In this document: piece after piece, positions 9,708 through 18,598 of the stretch
Layout: each line of letters begins with the position of its first letter
Numbering within the stretch: position 1 is the first letter of the stretch
Assembly (NCBI GenBank): GCA_039801885.1
Contig: JBDRVN010000020.1
Coordinates: 1 to 28,401 of the forward strand
DNA length: 28,401 bases
Direction of reading: 5' to 3'
Origin: a candidate division WOR-3 bacterium
Lineage (GTDB): Bacteria; Hydrothermota; Tepidihabitantia; Tepidihabitantales; DTDR01
Notes under the pieces: generated by a model
What the model was told of the DNA's origin: nothing
Databases searched by the model: none
Seen by the model: only the letters and a program-made list of their open reading frames with translations
Translations under genes and position numbers: made by a program

Positions 9708-9735
9708 ATTATATTAAATTTAAAAATAAAATCAA
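9708..9735 (-). promoter_or_regulatory. sigma70-type promoter of mvhG (leaderless geometry)
   Basis: TTGATT (9735-9730), 16-bp spacer, TATAAT (9713-9708), 6 nt to the ATG at 9701; no SD. Confidence 0.65.
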
Positions 9736-10047
9736 CAATTTTTCATAAATTAAAGTAATTTAACTAAGAAAACGTTGTCTGTTATTAAAAACTCTTTTTC
9801 CTTTATTATTTTTATCAATAGGGAAAATTTAAAAAACTTTGACAATTCTTTTGTTTTTTTATTATTAAATTTTTAAAATAAATTTAAGAAATTCATATTA
9901 ACTAAGGGGTAGTAAATAAAATAGTTATTATCGTCTATCAAATTTCGTTATAAAATGAAATTAATATAATCTCTTCTTGAATTTTTAATTTTTGGACGCC
10001 TCTTCTTTTAAAAATTAATGGTCTTTTAACATATTTGCCAAAGTTAA

Positions 10048-10075
10048 TTGACTTTATCTTTTCTTTTATTATAAT
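10048..10075 (+). promoter_or_regulatory. sigma70-type promoter of rplS (leaderless geometry)
   Basis: TTGACT (10048-10053), 16-bp spacer, TATAAT (10070-10075), 7 nt to the ATG at 10083; no SD. Confidence 0.7.
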
Positions 10076-10082
10076 ACTTTTT

Positions 10083-10466
10083 ATGGAAAAGAAAATTCCT
10101 GATTTTAAAGTTGGTGATACTATAAGGGTTCATTTTAAATATTTTGAAGGGGATACACAAAAACATGGTGTCTTTGAAGGAGTTGTGTTAACAATTCGCG
10201 GGAAAAACGAAAGTAAAACCTTCACGGTAAGAAAAATTTCTTACGGTGTCGGCGTGGAAAGGATCTTTCCCTTATATTCTCCTTTGATTACCAAAATTGA
10301 AATCAAAAAAAGGGCAAAGGTAAGAAGGGCAAAACTGTATTACTTACGAGAAAGAAAGAGTTTAAAATTGAAAAAGGAAAAAGCAGTAACCAAAGAAGAA
10401 TTGGAAAAGGGAGAGAAAAAAGAACCAACCGAAGTTAAAAGTGAAGAAGTAAAAAAAGAGAGTTAA
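10083..10466 (+). CDS. rplS: 50S ribosomal protein L19
   Basis: [40 protein letters not shown] and [10 protein letters not shown]. The true start is ATG 10083; the ORF-track extension from 10035 overlaps the promoter. Confidence 0.98.
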   Translation: MEKKIPDFKVGDTIRVHFKYFEGDTQKHGVFEGVVLTIRGKNESKTFTVRKISYGVGVERIFPLYSPLITKIEIKKRAKVRRAKLYYLRERKSLKLKKEKAVTKEELEKGEKKEPTEVKSEEVKKES

Positions 10467-10544
10467 TGTCCCTTTCTCACCAAAAAAAGAAATATCAAGA
10501 TAATAAAAAATTAATAATTCTTTTTATTATAGATCAAAGATTTT

Positions 10545-10889
10545 ATGGAAAAATTAAATGGTAAAGAGAGTGAAAATTTTGCCTTAAATTATTTAGCAAA
10601 AGAAGGTTATAAAATCCTTGAAAAAAATTATTATCGAAAATTCGGTGAAATTGATATCATTGCTGAAAAAGATAATGAGATAATTTTTTTTGAAGTAAGA
10701 AGCAAAAGAAAAAATATTTTTTCACCGCTCTTAACAATTAACCAAAGAAAAATTGAAAAGTTAAAAATGGTTGCTTTAAATTATTTAAGCGAAAAAGGAT
10801 TTTTTGATAAACAGATAAGATTTGATATTATTGGCTTAACTAAAAATAATAAAGGCTTTCAAATTGAACATATAAAAAATGCTTTCTAA
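10545..10889 (+). CDS. yraN: YraN family (UPF0102) PD-(D/E)XK-type nuclease
   Basis: G-x-x-x-E...YL...GYKILEKNY, GEIDIIA, FFEVR, RFDII and HIKNAF; classic position between rplS and comM. Confidence 0.92.
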   Translation: MEKLNGKESENFALNYLAKEGYKILEKNYYRKFGEIDIIAEKDNEIIFFEVRSKRKNIFSPLLTINQRKIEKLKMVALNYLSEKGFFDKQIRFDIIGLTKNNKGFQIEHIKNAF

Positions 10890-12420
10890 ACTTTATTCAG
10901 CCTCGGTTTATGGAATTGATGGCTTTTTAGTAACGGTGGAAGTTGACCTTTCAATGGGACTTCCGGGAATTAATATTGTTGGCCTTCCAGATACGGCAGT
11001 AAAAGAATCTCAACACCGAGTCCAAGCAGCAATCAAAAATAATGGTTATCCCTTTCCTTTAAGGAAAATTACAATTAACTTGGCGCCTGCTGATATTAAA
11101 AAAGAAGGAGCCGCCTTTGACTTACCGATTGCCTGTGGTATTCTTTCAGCTTTTGGGATTATTAGGCAGCCAAATTTTGAAAAGTTTATTGTTCTTGGCG
11201 AACTTGCTTTAGACGGCTTATTAAGACCGGTAAAAGGAGTTTTGTCAATGAGTTTGATGGCAAAACAATTGGGTTTTTCGGGAATTATCCTGCCCAAAGA
11301 AAATGCCCAAGAGGCAGCAATTGTAAAAGAACTCTCCGTGTTTGGTTTTTCCCATCTAAATGAAGTTATCAATTTTCTTAACGGTTCGTTAAATTGGGAA
11401 AAAACAAAAGTAGATATTAATGAAATTTTTAATATTTATTCGGAATATAATATTGACTTTGCTGATGTAAAAGGGCAACTCCATGCGAAAAGGGCATTAG
11501 AAATTGCGGCTGCCGGTAGTCATAATGTTTTGATGATTGGTCCACCGGGAGCAGGCAAAACAATGCTGGCAAGAAGATTGGTAACAATTTTACCAAAAAT
11601 GGAATTGGAGGAAGCCTTGGAAACAACAAAAATTCACAGTGTTGCGGGACTGCTTCCGTCTAATCAATCTTTAATAGCTACTCGTCCTTTCCGGGCTCCT
11701 CATCACAGTATTTCTGAGGCAGGACTTATTGGTGGTGGCGCCATTCCAAAGCCGGGAGAAGTCTCGTTGGCCCATAATGGAGTGCTATTTTTAGATGAGT
11801 TGCCCGAATTTCATCGGGATGTTTTAGAATCTTTAAGACAGCCGTTAGAAGATGGTTTCATTACCATTGGTCGAAGCAAACTAACCGTATCTTATCCCTC
11901 TCGTTTTATGCTGGTTGCTGCAATGAATCCTTGTCCTTGCGGTTATTTTAGTGATCTTTATAAGAATTGCACCTGTCCGATAACGGCGGTTAAAAAATAT
12001 CGTCAAAAGGCTTCTGGTCCTCTTCTTGATAGAATTGATATCCACATCGAAGTTCCTTCATTAAAATTTGAAGAATTAAGTTCAAAAGAACCTGGCGAAG
12101 GTTCCCAAGAAATCCGAGAAAGGGTTGAAAAGGCAAAAAAAATCCAATTAGAAAGATTTAAAGGATTAAAGAAAAGAAGACAAATATTTGCTAATTCCCA
12201 AATGGACCATAAAGATATTAAAAAATTTTGTGAAATAAGTGAAAAAAGTCAAAATTTAATAAAATTGGCAATGGAAAAATTTGGTCTTTCGGCAAGAGCT
12301 TATGATCGGATCTTAAAGGTAGCAAGAACCATTGCTGATTTAGAAGGAGAAGAGAAAATTAAAGAAAGTCATATTGCCGAAGCAATTCAATATCGGAGTT
12401 TTGATAAAATAATTTTTTAA
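10879..12420 (+). CDS. comM: YifB/ComM Mg-chelatase-like AAA+ DNA helicase
   Basis: IVGLPD, ITINLAPADIKKEG...DLPIA Lon-like N-terminus; Walker A GPPGAGKT; RPFRAPHH; PGEVSLAHNGVLFLDE; AMNPCPCG; SGPLLDRID; RILKVARTIADL. Confidence 0.95.
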   Translation: MLSKLYSASVYGIDGFLVTVEVDLSMGLPGINIVGLPDTAVKESQHRVQAAIKNNGYPFPLRKITINLAPADIKKEGAAFDLPIACGILSAFGIIRQPNFEKFIVLGELALDGLLRPVKGVLSMSLMAKQLGFSGIILPKENAQEAAIVKELSVFGFSHLNEVINFLNGSLNWEKTKVDINEIFNIYSEYNIDFADVKGQLHAKRALEIAAAGSHNVLMIGPPGAGKTMLARRLVTILPKMELEEALETTKIHSVAGLLPSNQSLIATRPFRAPHHSISEAGLIGGGAIPKPGEVSLAHNGVLFLDELPEFHRDVLESLRQPLEDGFITIGRSKLTVSYPSRFMLVAAMNPCPCGYFSDLYKNCTCPITAVKKYRQKASGPLLDRIDIHIEVPSLKFEELSSKEPGEGSQEIRERVEKAKKIQLERFKGLKKRRQIFANSQMDHKDIKKFCEISEKSQNLIKLAMEKFGLSARAYDRILKVARTIADLEGEEKIKESHIAEAIQYRSFDKIIF

Positions 12421-12421
12421 T

Positions 12422-13729
12422 ATGGAACTAAAAGAAAAGATATTAAAAAAGAAAGCAGTTGTTGGTATTATTGGTCTTGGTTATGTGGGTCTTCCTTTGG
12501 CAATTGCGATTGGTGAAACTGGTTTTAAAGTGATTGGCATTGATATTGATAAAAAAAAGATAGACAAAATTAATAAAGGAGAAAGTTATTTAGAAGATGT
12601 AAAAAGTGATGAGATTAAAAAGCTTATTAAAAAAGGTTTCTTAAAGGCTTATAATACTTATGAAAAAATAAAAGAATGTGATGTCATTAATATTACTGTT
12701 CCAACTCCTTTTACGCCGACTAAAGATCCCGATATCTCTTATATTATTGATGCTGGAAAAGAAATTAGCAAGAGAATGAGAAAGGGACAATTGATAATTC
12801 TCAGAAGTACCACTTATCCAGAAACTACCGAAAAAGTTTTAAAACCACTCTTAGATAAAAGTGGCTTAAAAATTGGCAAAGATTACTTTTTATCTTTTGC
12901 TCCCGAAAGGATCGATCCGGGAAACAAAATCTGGACAATAAAAAATACGCCAGTAGTTGTTGGTGGGGTAACAGAAAAATGTACTTATCTAACAAAAATC
13001 TTCTATGAGAAAATTGTTAATAGCGTGTTCCCGGTTTCTTCTCCACAGGTGGCGGAAATGGCAAAATTGTTAGAAAATATTTTTCGTAGCGTAAACATTG
13101 CTCTTGTAAATGAACTTACCCTTTTATGTGAAAGAATGGGAAATATAAATGTCTGGGAGGTAATCTCTGCCGCCGCTACCAAACCTTTTGGCTTTATGCC
13201 CTTTTATCCAGGACCAGGGATTGGTGGTCATTGTATTTTGGTTGATCCTTATTATCTTTCCTGGAAGGCAAGAGAATATGATTTTCATTTAAATTTTATA
13301 GAATTAGCTGCTGAAACGAATGAATATATGCCTTTTTTTGTTGTTAATAAACTATTTGATATTTTGGGACAGAATAAAATTAAAATAAAAGATGCGGAAA
13401 TTCTTATTTTAGGAGCTGCCTTTAAAAAAGATGTAAGTGATACAAGAAATTCACCAGCAATTAAAATTATCTCTCTGTTGGAAGGAAAGGTAAAAAAGAT
13501 TTACTATAATGATCCCTATGTTCCCATTTTAAAAGTAAATAAAAAAGAATATCGCTCAGTTAAATTAAACAAAAATTTATTAAAAAAAATTAACTGTGTC
13601 TTAATTGTTACCAACCATTCTATTTATGATTATAATTGGCTTTTAGAAAATGCCCAAATCATTTTTGACACCAGAAATGCTATAAAAAAGAAAGATAAAA
13701 AAGTTTATCTTTTAGGCTGTAATATTTAA
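12422..13729 (+). CDS. Nucleotide-sugar dehydrogenase, UDP-GlcNAc 6-dehydrogenase (WbpA-like)
   Basis: IIGLGYVGLP, VPTP, RSTTYP, PERIDPGN, KLLENIFRSVNIALVNE, GPGIGGHCI (catalytic Cys) and FKKDVSDTRNSP; exact substrate inferred. Confidence 0.9.
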   Translation: MELKEKILKKKAVVGIIGLGYVGLPLAIAIGETGFKVIGIDIDKKKIDKINKGESYLEDVKSDEIKKLIKKGFLKAYNTYEKIKECDVINITVPTPFTPTKDPDISYIIDAGKEISKRMRKGQLIILRSTTYPETTEKVLKPLLDKSGLKIGKDYFLSFAPERIDPGNKIWTIKNTPVVVGGVTEKCTYLTKIFYEKIVNSVFPVSSPQVAEMAKLLENIFRSVNIALVNELTLLCERMGNINVWEVISAAATKPFGFMPFYPGPGIGGHCILVDPYYLSWKAREYDFHLNFIELAAETNEYMPFFVVNKLFDILGQNKIKIKDAEILILGAAFKKDVSDTRNSPAIKIISLLEGKVKKIYYNDPYVPILKVNKKEYRSVKLNKNLLKKINCVLIVTNHSIYDYNWLLENAQIIFDTRNAIKKKDKKVYLLGCNI

Positions 13730-13732
13730 TTT

Positions 13733-14317
13733 ATGAGGTTGAAACTTTATTTAGCAGTAAGTATTTTTACAAGTTATTTTGAAGAGTTTAAATCAAAGGC
13801 GATTGAAACTCTCTTTTCCGAAATTGAAAAAGGCAACTTCCTTGGCTTTTATTCTTTATTAACTTTGGAAGAACTTTCTTACTTACCTTCACCCTTAAAA
13901 GAAAATACTTTTAATTTGATTAAAAAATATAAATTATATCTTTGCGAATTTGATCCAGAAGATATTGCAGAATTAACTAATGCTTATTTAGAAGAAAAAA
14001 TTCTTGTGCCCGAGATGGGGTTCTCAGCCTGCCATTTTGCCATTGCCACAGTTAATGAAATGGACATCTTTGTCTCAATAGATACCACTTATTCAGCAAA
14101 TGAATTTCTCTATCGCCGATTTAAAAAAGTAAACCAGAGATTTGGCTATTTAAAAACACCAGAAATGAGGATGCCGGAAGAAATTACTGGTGTTTCTGGA
14201 CCTTATGAAAACTTAAAACTGATTCACCAAATAAGAAAACAAAAATACGAAGAAATGAAAAAGAAAAATCTTTCTCTTTTGGATTTTCTTAATTCTTTAT
14301 TGAAAAAGGAATTTTAG
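13733..14317 (+). CDS. Degenerate PIN-domain protein with a C-terminal helical extension
   Basis: Resembles, by eye, PIN proteins of pattern YLDTS...EL...DALHIAIAT...D-x-x-VSWN...VN...GY...P-x-E, but reads YLAVS and SACHFAIAT. Confidence 0.65.
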   Translation: MRLKLYLAVSIFTSYFEEFKSKAIETLFSEIEKGNFLGFYSLLTLEELSYLPSPLKENTFNLIKKYKLYLCEFDPEDIAELTNAYLEEKILVPEMGFSACHFAIATVNEMDIFVSIDTTYSANEFLYRRFKKVNQRFGYLKTPEMRMPEEITGVSGPYENLKLIHQIRKQKYEEMKKKNLSLLDFLNSLLKKEF

Positions 14318-15501
14318 GCACCAAACTTCTTTAAACGCAAAGAATAAGCCAAAAGAAGCGGAAGAACTTTTGTGGCTTTAAAAATTCCTAAACTACTTTT
14401 TTGACAACTTTTTTCACAAAATTTTACTTTCTCATTGTTACGAGAAAAACAAGAATATAATAAAAATGGGGAAGGATGCCAAGAATGGCTTTTCATTAAG
14501 GCGGGCGTTGAGTGGTCTGAGGTAATAGCAATTACAGAAAAATTAATCCTTAAAATTTCCGGCAAAAGAGAATCAAATTTTTCAATCAATAAAACCTTTC
14601 TTTCAAAATCACCATCTTCCCCAGCAGTATCTATTTCTTTAAAATGGAGATAAAAAAAATCATAATTATCATAATTTCTTTTTAACTCTTCTATCTCCTC
14701 TTCCCAACTACTGATAGAAGATTTTATAACATCCATCCCAATTAAGGAAGCAATTCCTTTATACATTGGGTAAGTAGCAATTGCTAAACTTTTTAATTGA
14801 TACTTTTCACAAAAATTTTCAATCTTTGGCACCTTGCTATATCCACGTAAAAGAAAATAATTGGCTTCTTTTTCATCTTTTAATATTTCTGCACCCTTTT
14901 CTATTAAAATTTTTAAAATTTCGCTTGTTTTCTTACTTCTTTCTAATAAAGGTTCAGGTAAATAAGGTGGCAGACCATCTTTTTGAGGATCCGTTTCTTT
15001 TATTTCTTCACTTAAATTTTCTCCTTTTATTAATATTACAAAACGATGCTCAACTCCCGAATGAAATTCAATTTCACAGTCTTTAATAGATTTTATTGTT
15101 TTTTTTAATTTCTCACATAATCTTTTATTTTCTTCACTATTTATCCTTCCGGCTCTTCGAGATATTATTTTACCATTTTTAAAAGTAGCAAAATTTCCCC
15201 TTATTGCTAAAGTATTTTCGTCTAATTTTAAACCTAATCCCAAGGCTTCTAATACTCCTCGACCAATTTTGATTTCTAACGGATCATAACCAAATAAAGA
15301 CAAATGACCTGGACCAGAACCAGGAGTAATACCGTAATCGACAGAAATTATCGATCCTAATTCACTTTTACTGGTTAACTCATCAAGATTAGGAGTTTTT
15401 GCCTTTTCTAACTCCGTTTTTCCATCCACCGGCAACCCTCCTAAACCATCTAAAATAATCAATAAGATTTTATTCTCATTTTTTACAATCAACTCTCTCA
15501 T
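14314..15501 (-). CDS. apgM: Cofactor-independent phosphoglycerate mutase, archaeal type
   Basis: ILDGLGG, TELEKAKTPNLD, PGSGPGHLSLFGYDP, GRGVLEALG, RRAGRI, D-x-AGEDG, TSDHSTP and HSWHP. Confidence 0.93.
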   Translation of the reverse strand: MRELIVKNENKILLIILDGLGGLPVDGKTELEKAKTPNLDELTSKSELGSIISVDYGITPGSGPGHLSLFGYDPLEIKIGRGVLEALGLGLKLDENTLAIRGNFATFKNGKIISRRAGRINSEENKRLCEKLKKTIKSIKDCEIEFHSGVEHRFVILIKGENLSEEIKETDPQKDGLPPYLPEPLLERSKKTSEILKILIEKGAEILKDEKEANYFLLRGYSKVPKIENFCEKYQLKSLAIATYPMYKGIASLIGMDVIKSSISSWEEEIEELKRNYDNYDFFYLHFKEIDTAGEDGDFERKVLLIEKFDSLLPEILRINFSVIAITSDHSTPALMKSHSWHPSPFLLYSCFSRNNEKVKFCEKSCQKSSLGIFKATKVLPLLLAYSLRLKKFGA

Positions 15502-18113
15502 TTTGTTGTTATTTGGCTAAATTTTCTTTTTCTTAAAATAATCTCTGCTTGGGCAGCTGCCAATATTGCCTTGGGAACCCGATAAGGACTACAACTCACA
15601 TAATCCATTTCTATTTTCCGAGCAAATAAAATACTCTTTTCATCTCCTCCGTGTTCACCACAGATGCCAAGTTTAATATTTTTATTTATTTTTCTGGCAT
15701 TCTTAACAGAAGTAATAATTAAAGAACCAACTCCTTCTTCATCGATTGTTTTAAAAGGTTCAAAACTGATTATTCTCTTTTGTTGATAAGGAATTAAAAA
15801 TCTTACTGAATCATCTCGCGAAAATCCAAAAACAAATTGAGTCAAATCATTAGTTCCATAAGAAAAAAAGTCAACATATTTGGCTAATTCTTTAGCAATT
15901 AAACAAGCCCGGGGAGTTTCCATCATTGTGCCAATTTTATAATCCAATTTGATACTCTTTTCTTGAAAAACTTCTTTACTTATCTTTTCAATAATTTCTT
16001 TTTGCGAGAAAAATTCTTCTAAAATTGATACCAAAGGAATCATAATTTCTAAATCAACTTCTATACCCTCTTTTTTAACTTCGCAAGCAGCTTCAAAAAT
16101 TGCTTTTATTTGCATCTCAGTTATCTCAGGATAAATAATTCCTAAACGACATCCTCTTAATCCCATCATTGGATTATGTTCTTCTAATTCTTCAATTTTT
16201 CTTATTAATACTTGCCTATCAACATTAAGTTCCTTTGTTAATTCATTAACAGCTTCGGTTTTTTCTCTCGGAGGCAAAAATTCATGTAGAGGCGGATCAA
16301 GAGTTCTGATAGTTACGGGGAGCCCATTCATCACTCTAAATAATTCTTTAAAATCGTTCTTTTGAAAGGGTAAAAGTTTAGAAAGAATTTCTCTTCTTTC
16401 TTCTTTATTTTCTGCCAAAATCATTAGTTGAACATATTTAATCCGTTCTGAAGCAAAAAACATATGTTCAGTTCGGACAAGTCCAATTCCTTTTGCTCCC
16501 ATCTTTCTAGCATTTTCTGCATCTAGTGGCGTATCAGCATTTGCCCTCACTTTCATCTTGGCAACATCTTCAGCCCAAGATAAAAGAAGTTTCAATTCTT
16601 CGGGAAATTCAGATTTTATTAAAGGAACTTCACCCCTTATAATTTCTCCAAGCGTGCCATTGATCGAAATTTTGTCGCCTTCTTTTAAGATTATATCTTT
16701 TATCTTTAATATTTTCTTTTCAAAATCAATATTAATATCTGAGCAACCGACAACACAAGGTTTCCCCATACCCCGAGCAACAACGGCAGCATGAGAAGTT
16801 TCGCCACCTGTAGTTGTGACAAAACCTTCTGCCTTGGCCATTCCAGCAATATCATCAGCTTTTGTAAAATCTCTTATCAAAATCACTTTTTTATTTTGAT
16901 TTGCCATTTCAATCGCTTTTTCTGCAGTTAAAACAATTTCACCCACAGCACAACCCGGAGAGGCTGGTTTACCTTTAGTAATTATTTCTAAGGGATAATT
17001 AGGATCAAAGGTAGGATGAAGAAAATAATCAATATCTTCGCTGCTAATTCTCATAATTGCTTCTTCTTTAGTAAGTAATTTTTCTTTCACCATATCACAA
17101 GTAATTTTCACTGCTGCCAAAGGTGTTCTTTTTGCTGCTCGCGTCTGAAGAAAATATAGCTTGCCATCCTCAATCGTAAATTCCACATCCTGAACATCTT
17201 TTAATTTTCTTTCTAATTTTTTTACATATCTTTCCAATTTGCTATATACCTCAGGCATCTTATCTTTTAAAACTTCTAAAGGCAAAGGTGTAACATGACC
17301 GGCAACCAAATCTTCGCCTTGGGCTTGAAAAAGAAATTCGCCATAAATCTTATTTTCGCCATTTTTAACATTGCGTGTAAAAAGAACTCCAGTGCCACTT
17401 TTTTCATTCCAATTACCAAAAACCATTGTCTGAATATTTACTGCCGTTCCTAAATCTTCGGGTATTTGATAAATTTTTCGGTACTCTTTAGCCCGCGGAT
17501 TATTCCAAGAATTAAAAACCCCTTCGATCGCTTTTTTTAAACATTCGTAAGGATCTTGAGGAAATTCTTTTTTTGTTTTTTCCCAAAAAAGTTCTTTATA
17601 TTTCTCAACGGTCTTTTCTTTATCGTCGCCAAAAATTTTTAAAAATTCTTCCCTTTTTATACCAAATATTACGTCAGAAAAAATTTCAATGAACCTTTTA
17701 TAAATGTCATAAGCAAAATCAGGATTATTTGTCTTTTCAATTATACCTTTAACTACTTCATCATTAATTCCTAAATTTAAAACTGTGTCCATCATTCCGG
17801 GCATTGAAAATTTGGCACCGCTTCTAACAGAAATAAGCAAGGGATTATTTTTATCACCGAATTTCTTTCCTGTTCTTTTTTCTAAATATTTAATTCCTAA
17901 ATAAACCTCTTCTAAAAGTCCCCCAGGAAATCTTTTATTTCTTAGATAATACTGACAAGCAGAAGTAGATATAATAAAGGCTGACGGCACCGGTAAGCCC
18001 ATTTGGGCTAAAAGATAAAGACCGGCTCCTTTGCCACCAAGAATTTCTTTTAGCTTATCAGTATCTTTGATATTTAAATTATCAGAAAGAAAATATACCC
18101 ATTTTCTTTTCAT
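15498..18113 (-). CDS. ppdK: Pyruvate, phosphate dikinase
   Basis: LGGKGAGL, SVRSGAKFSMPGMMDTVLNLG, AQGEDLVAG, GGETSHAAVVARG (phospho-His), GIGLVRTEHMF and GTNDLTQ; SD AAGGAGG. Confidence 0.98.
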   Translation of the reverse strand: MKRKWVYFLSDNLNIKDTDKLKEILGGKGAGLYLLAQMGLPVPSAFIISTSACQYYLRNKRFPGGLLEEVYLGIKYLEKRTGKKFGDKNNPLLISVRSGAKFSMPGMMDTVLNLGINDEVVKGIIEKTNNPDFAYDIYKRFIEIFSDVIFGIKREEFLKIFGDDKEKTVEKYKELFWEKTKKEFPQDPYECLKKAIEGVFNSWNNPRAKEYRKIYQIPEDLGTAVNIQTMVFGNWNEKSGTGVLFTRNVKNGENKIYGEFLFQAQGEDLVAGHVTPLPLEVLKDKMPEVYSKLERYVKKLERKLKDVQDVEFTIEDGKLYFLQTRAAKRTPLAAVKITCDMVKEKLLTKEEAIMRISSEDIDYFLHPTFDPNYPLEIITKGKPASPGCAVGEIVLTAEKAIEMANQNKKVILIRDFTKADDIAGMAKAEGFVTTTGGETSHAAVVARGMGKPCVVGCSDINIDFEKKILKIKDIILKEGDKISINGTLGEIIRGEVPLIKSEFPEELKLLLSWAEDVAKMKVRANADTPLDAENARKMGAKGIGLVRTEHMFFASERIKYVQLMILAENKEERREILSKLLPFQKNDFKELFRVMNGLPVTIRTLDPPLHEFLPPREKTEAVNELTKELNVDRQVLIRKIEELEEHNPMMGLRGCRLGIIYPEITEMQIKAIFEAACEVKKEGIEVDLEIMIPLVSILEEFFSQKEIIEKISKEVFQEKSIKLDYKIGTMMETPRACLIAKELAKYVDFFSYGTNDLTQFVFGFSRDDSVRFLIPYQQKRIISFEPFKTIDEEGVGSLIITSVKNARKINKNIKLGICGEHGGDEKSILFARKIEMDYVSCSPYRVPKAILAAAQAEIILRKRKFSQITTK

Positions 18114-18114
18114 T

Positions 18115-18342
18115 TTACCTCCTTAAAATAGAAATAAAAAAGAAAATAATTGTTAAAATTATTGAAAGAATTATTGAAGTAACAATAGGAAAATAAAAGA
18201 GGAAATTCTCTCTTTTAATTATAATATCTCCTGGCAGGGTAAAAAGTTTTAATTTTGGTGAAAGATAGATAAGTAAAGAAATTACTAAAAATATAACTCC
18301 CAAAAAGAAAAAAACCTTAGTTAAAAAAAAGCGGTTAATCAC
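18115..18342 (-). CDS. DUF2905-family small membrane protein
   Basis: TM helix, then LPGDIIIKRENFLFYFPIVTSIILSIILT, matching the family pattern. Confidence 0.85.
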   Translation of the reverse strand: MINRFFLTKVFFFLGVIFLVISLLIYLSPKLKLFTLPGDIIIKRENFLFYFPIVTSIILSIILTIIFFFISILRR

Positions 18343-18565
18343 TCTTCTGCGATAAAAAATCTTCTAAAAATTCTTTTGCCTTTTCAAAATCCTCTTCTAA
18401 AACCAAAATCTCTCCCCATTCAGTACGCATCATCTTAGCAATTCCGTCAAAATATGGTAAATCATAAGAACGGATAACTGCCTTCACACCGATACTTTCT
18501 AAAAAACTTTGAATAGTAATTGCTTCTATTTCGCTTTTCGGTTTATACAATACTTTTAATCCCAT
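18335..18565 (-). CDS. DUF2007-like small protein (putative signal-transducing)
   Basis: EA-x-x-I-x-x-x-LES-x-G ... EILV-x-EEDFEKAKE pattern; has its own promoter. Confidence 0.75.
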   Translation of the reverse strand: MGLKVLYKPKSEIEAITIQSFLESIGVKAVIRSYDLPYFDGIAKMMRTEWGEILVLEEDFEKAKEFLEDFLSQKSD

Positions 18566-18570
18566 TTTAA

Positions 18571-18598
18571 ATTATAATTTTTTTTAGTCATTTTTCAA
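18571..18598 (-). promoter_or_regulatory. sigma70-type promoter for DUF2007-DUF2905-ppdK-apgM (leaderless geometry)
   Basis: TTGAAA (18598-18593), 16-bp spacer, TATAAT (18576-18571), 5 nt to the ATG at 18565. Confidence 0.6.

Noticed and set aside
9736..10047. ncRNA or hidden gene in the AT-rich mvhG-rplS intergenic region
   Set aside because: No stable hairpin, repeat or credible ORF found by eye; only a weak extra TTGACA at 9839 with poor -10 spacing.
10035..10082. Hydrophobic N-terminal extension on L19
   Set aside because: It is a translation of the T-rich promoter; ATG 10083 fits L19.
10466..10564. 32-codon ORF (MSLSHQKK...) as an rnhB remnant or frameshifted YraN N-terminus
   Set aside because: No recognisable RNase HII motif, and YraN is already complete from 10545.
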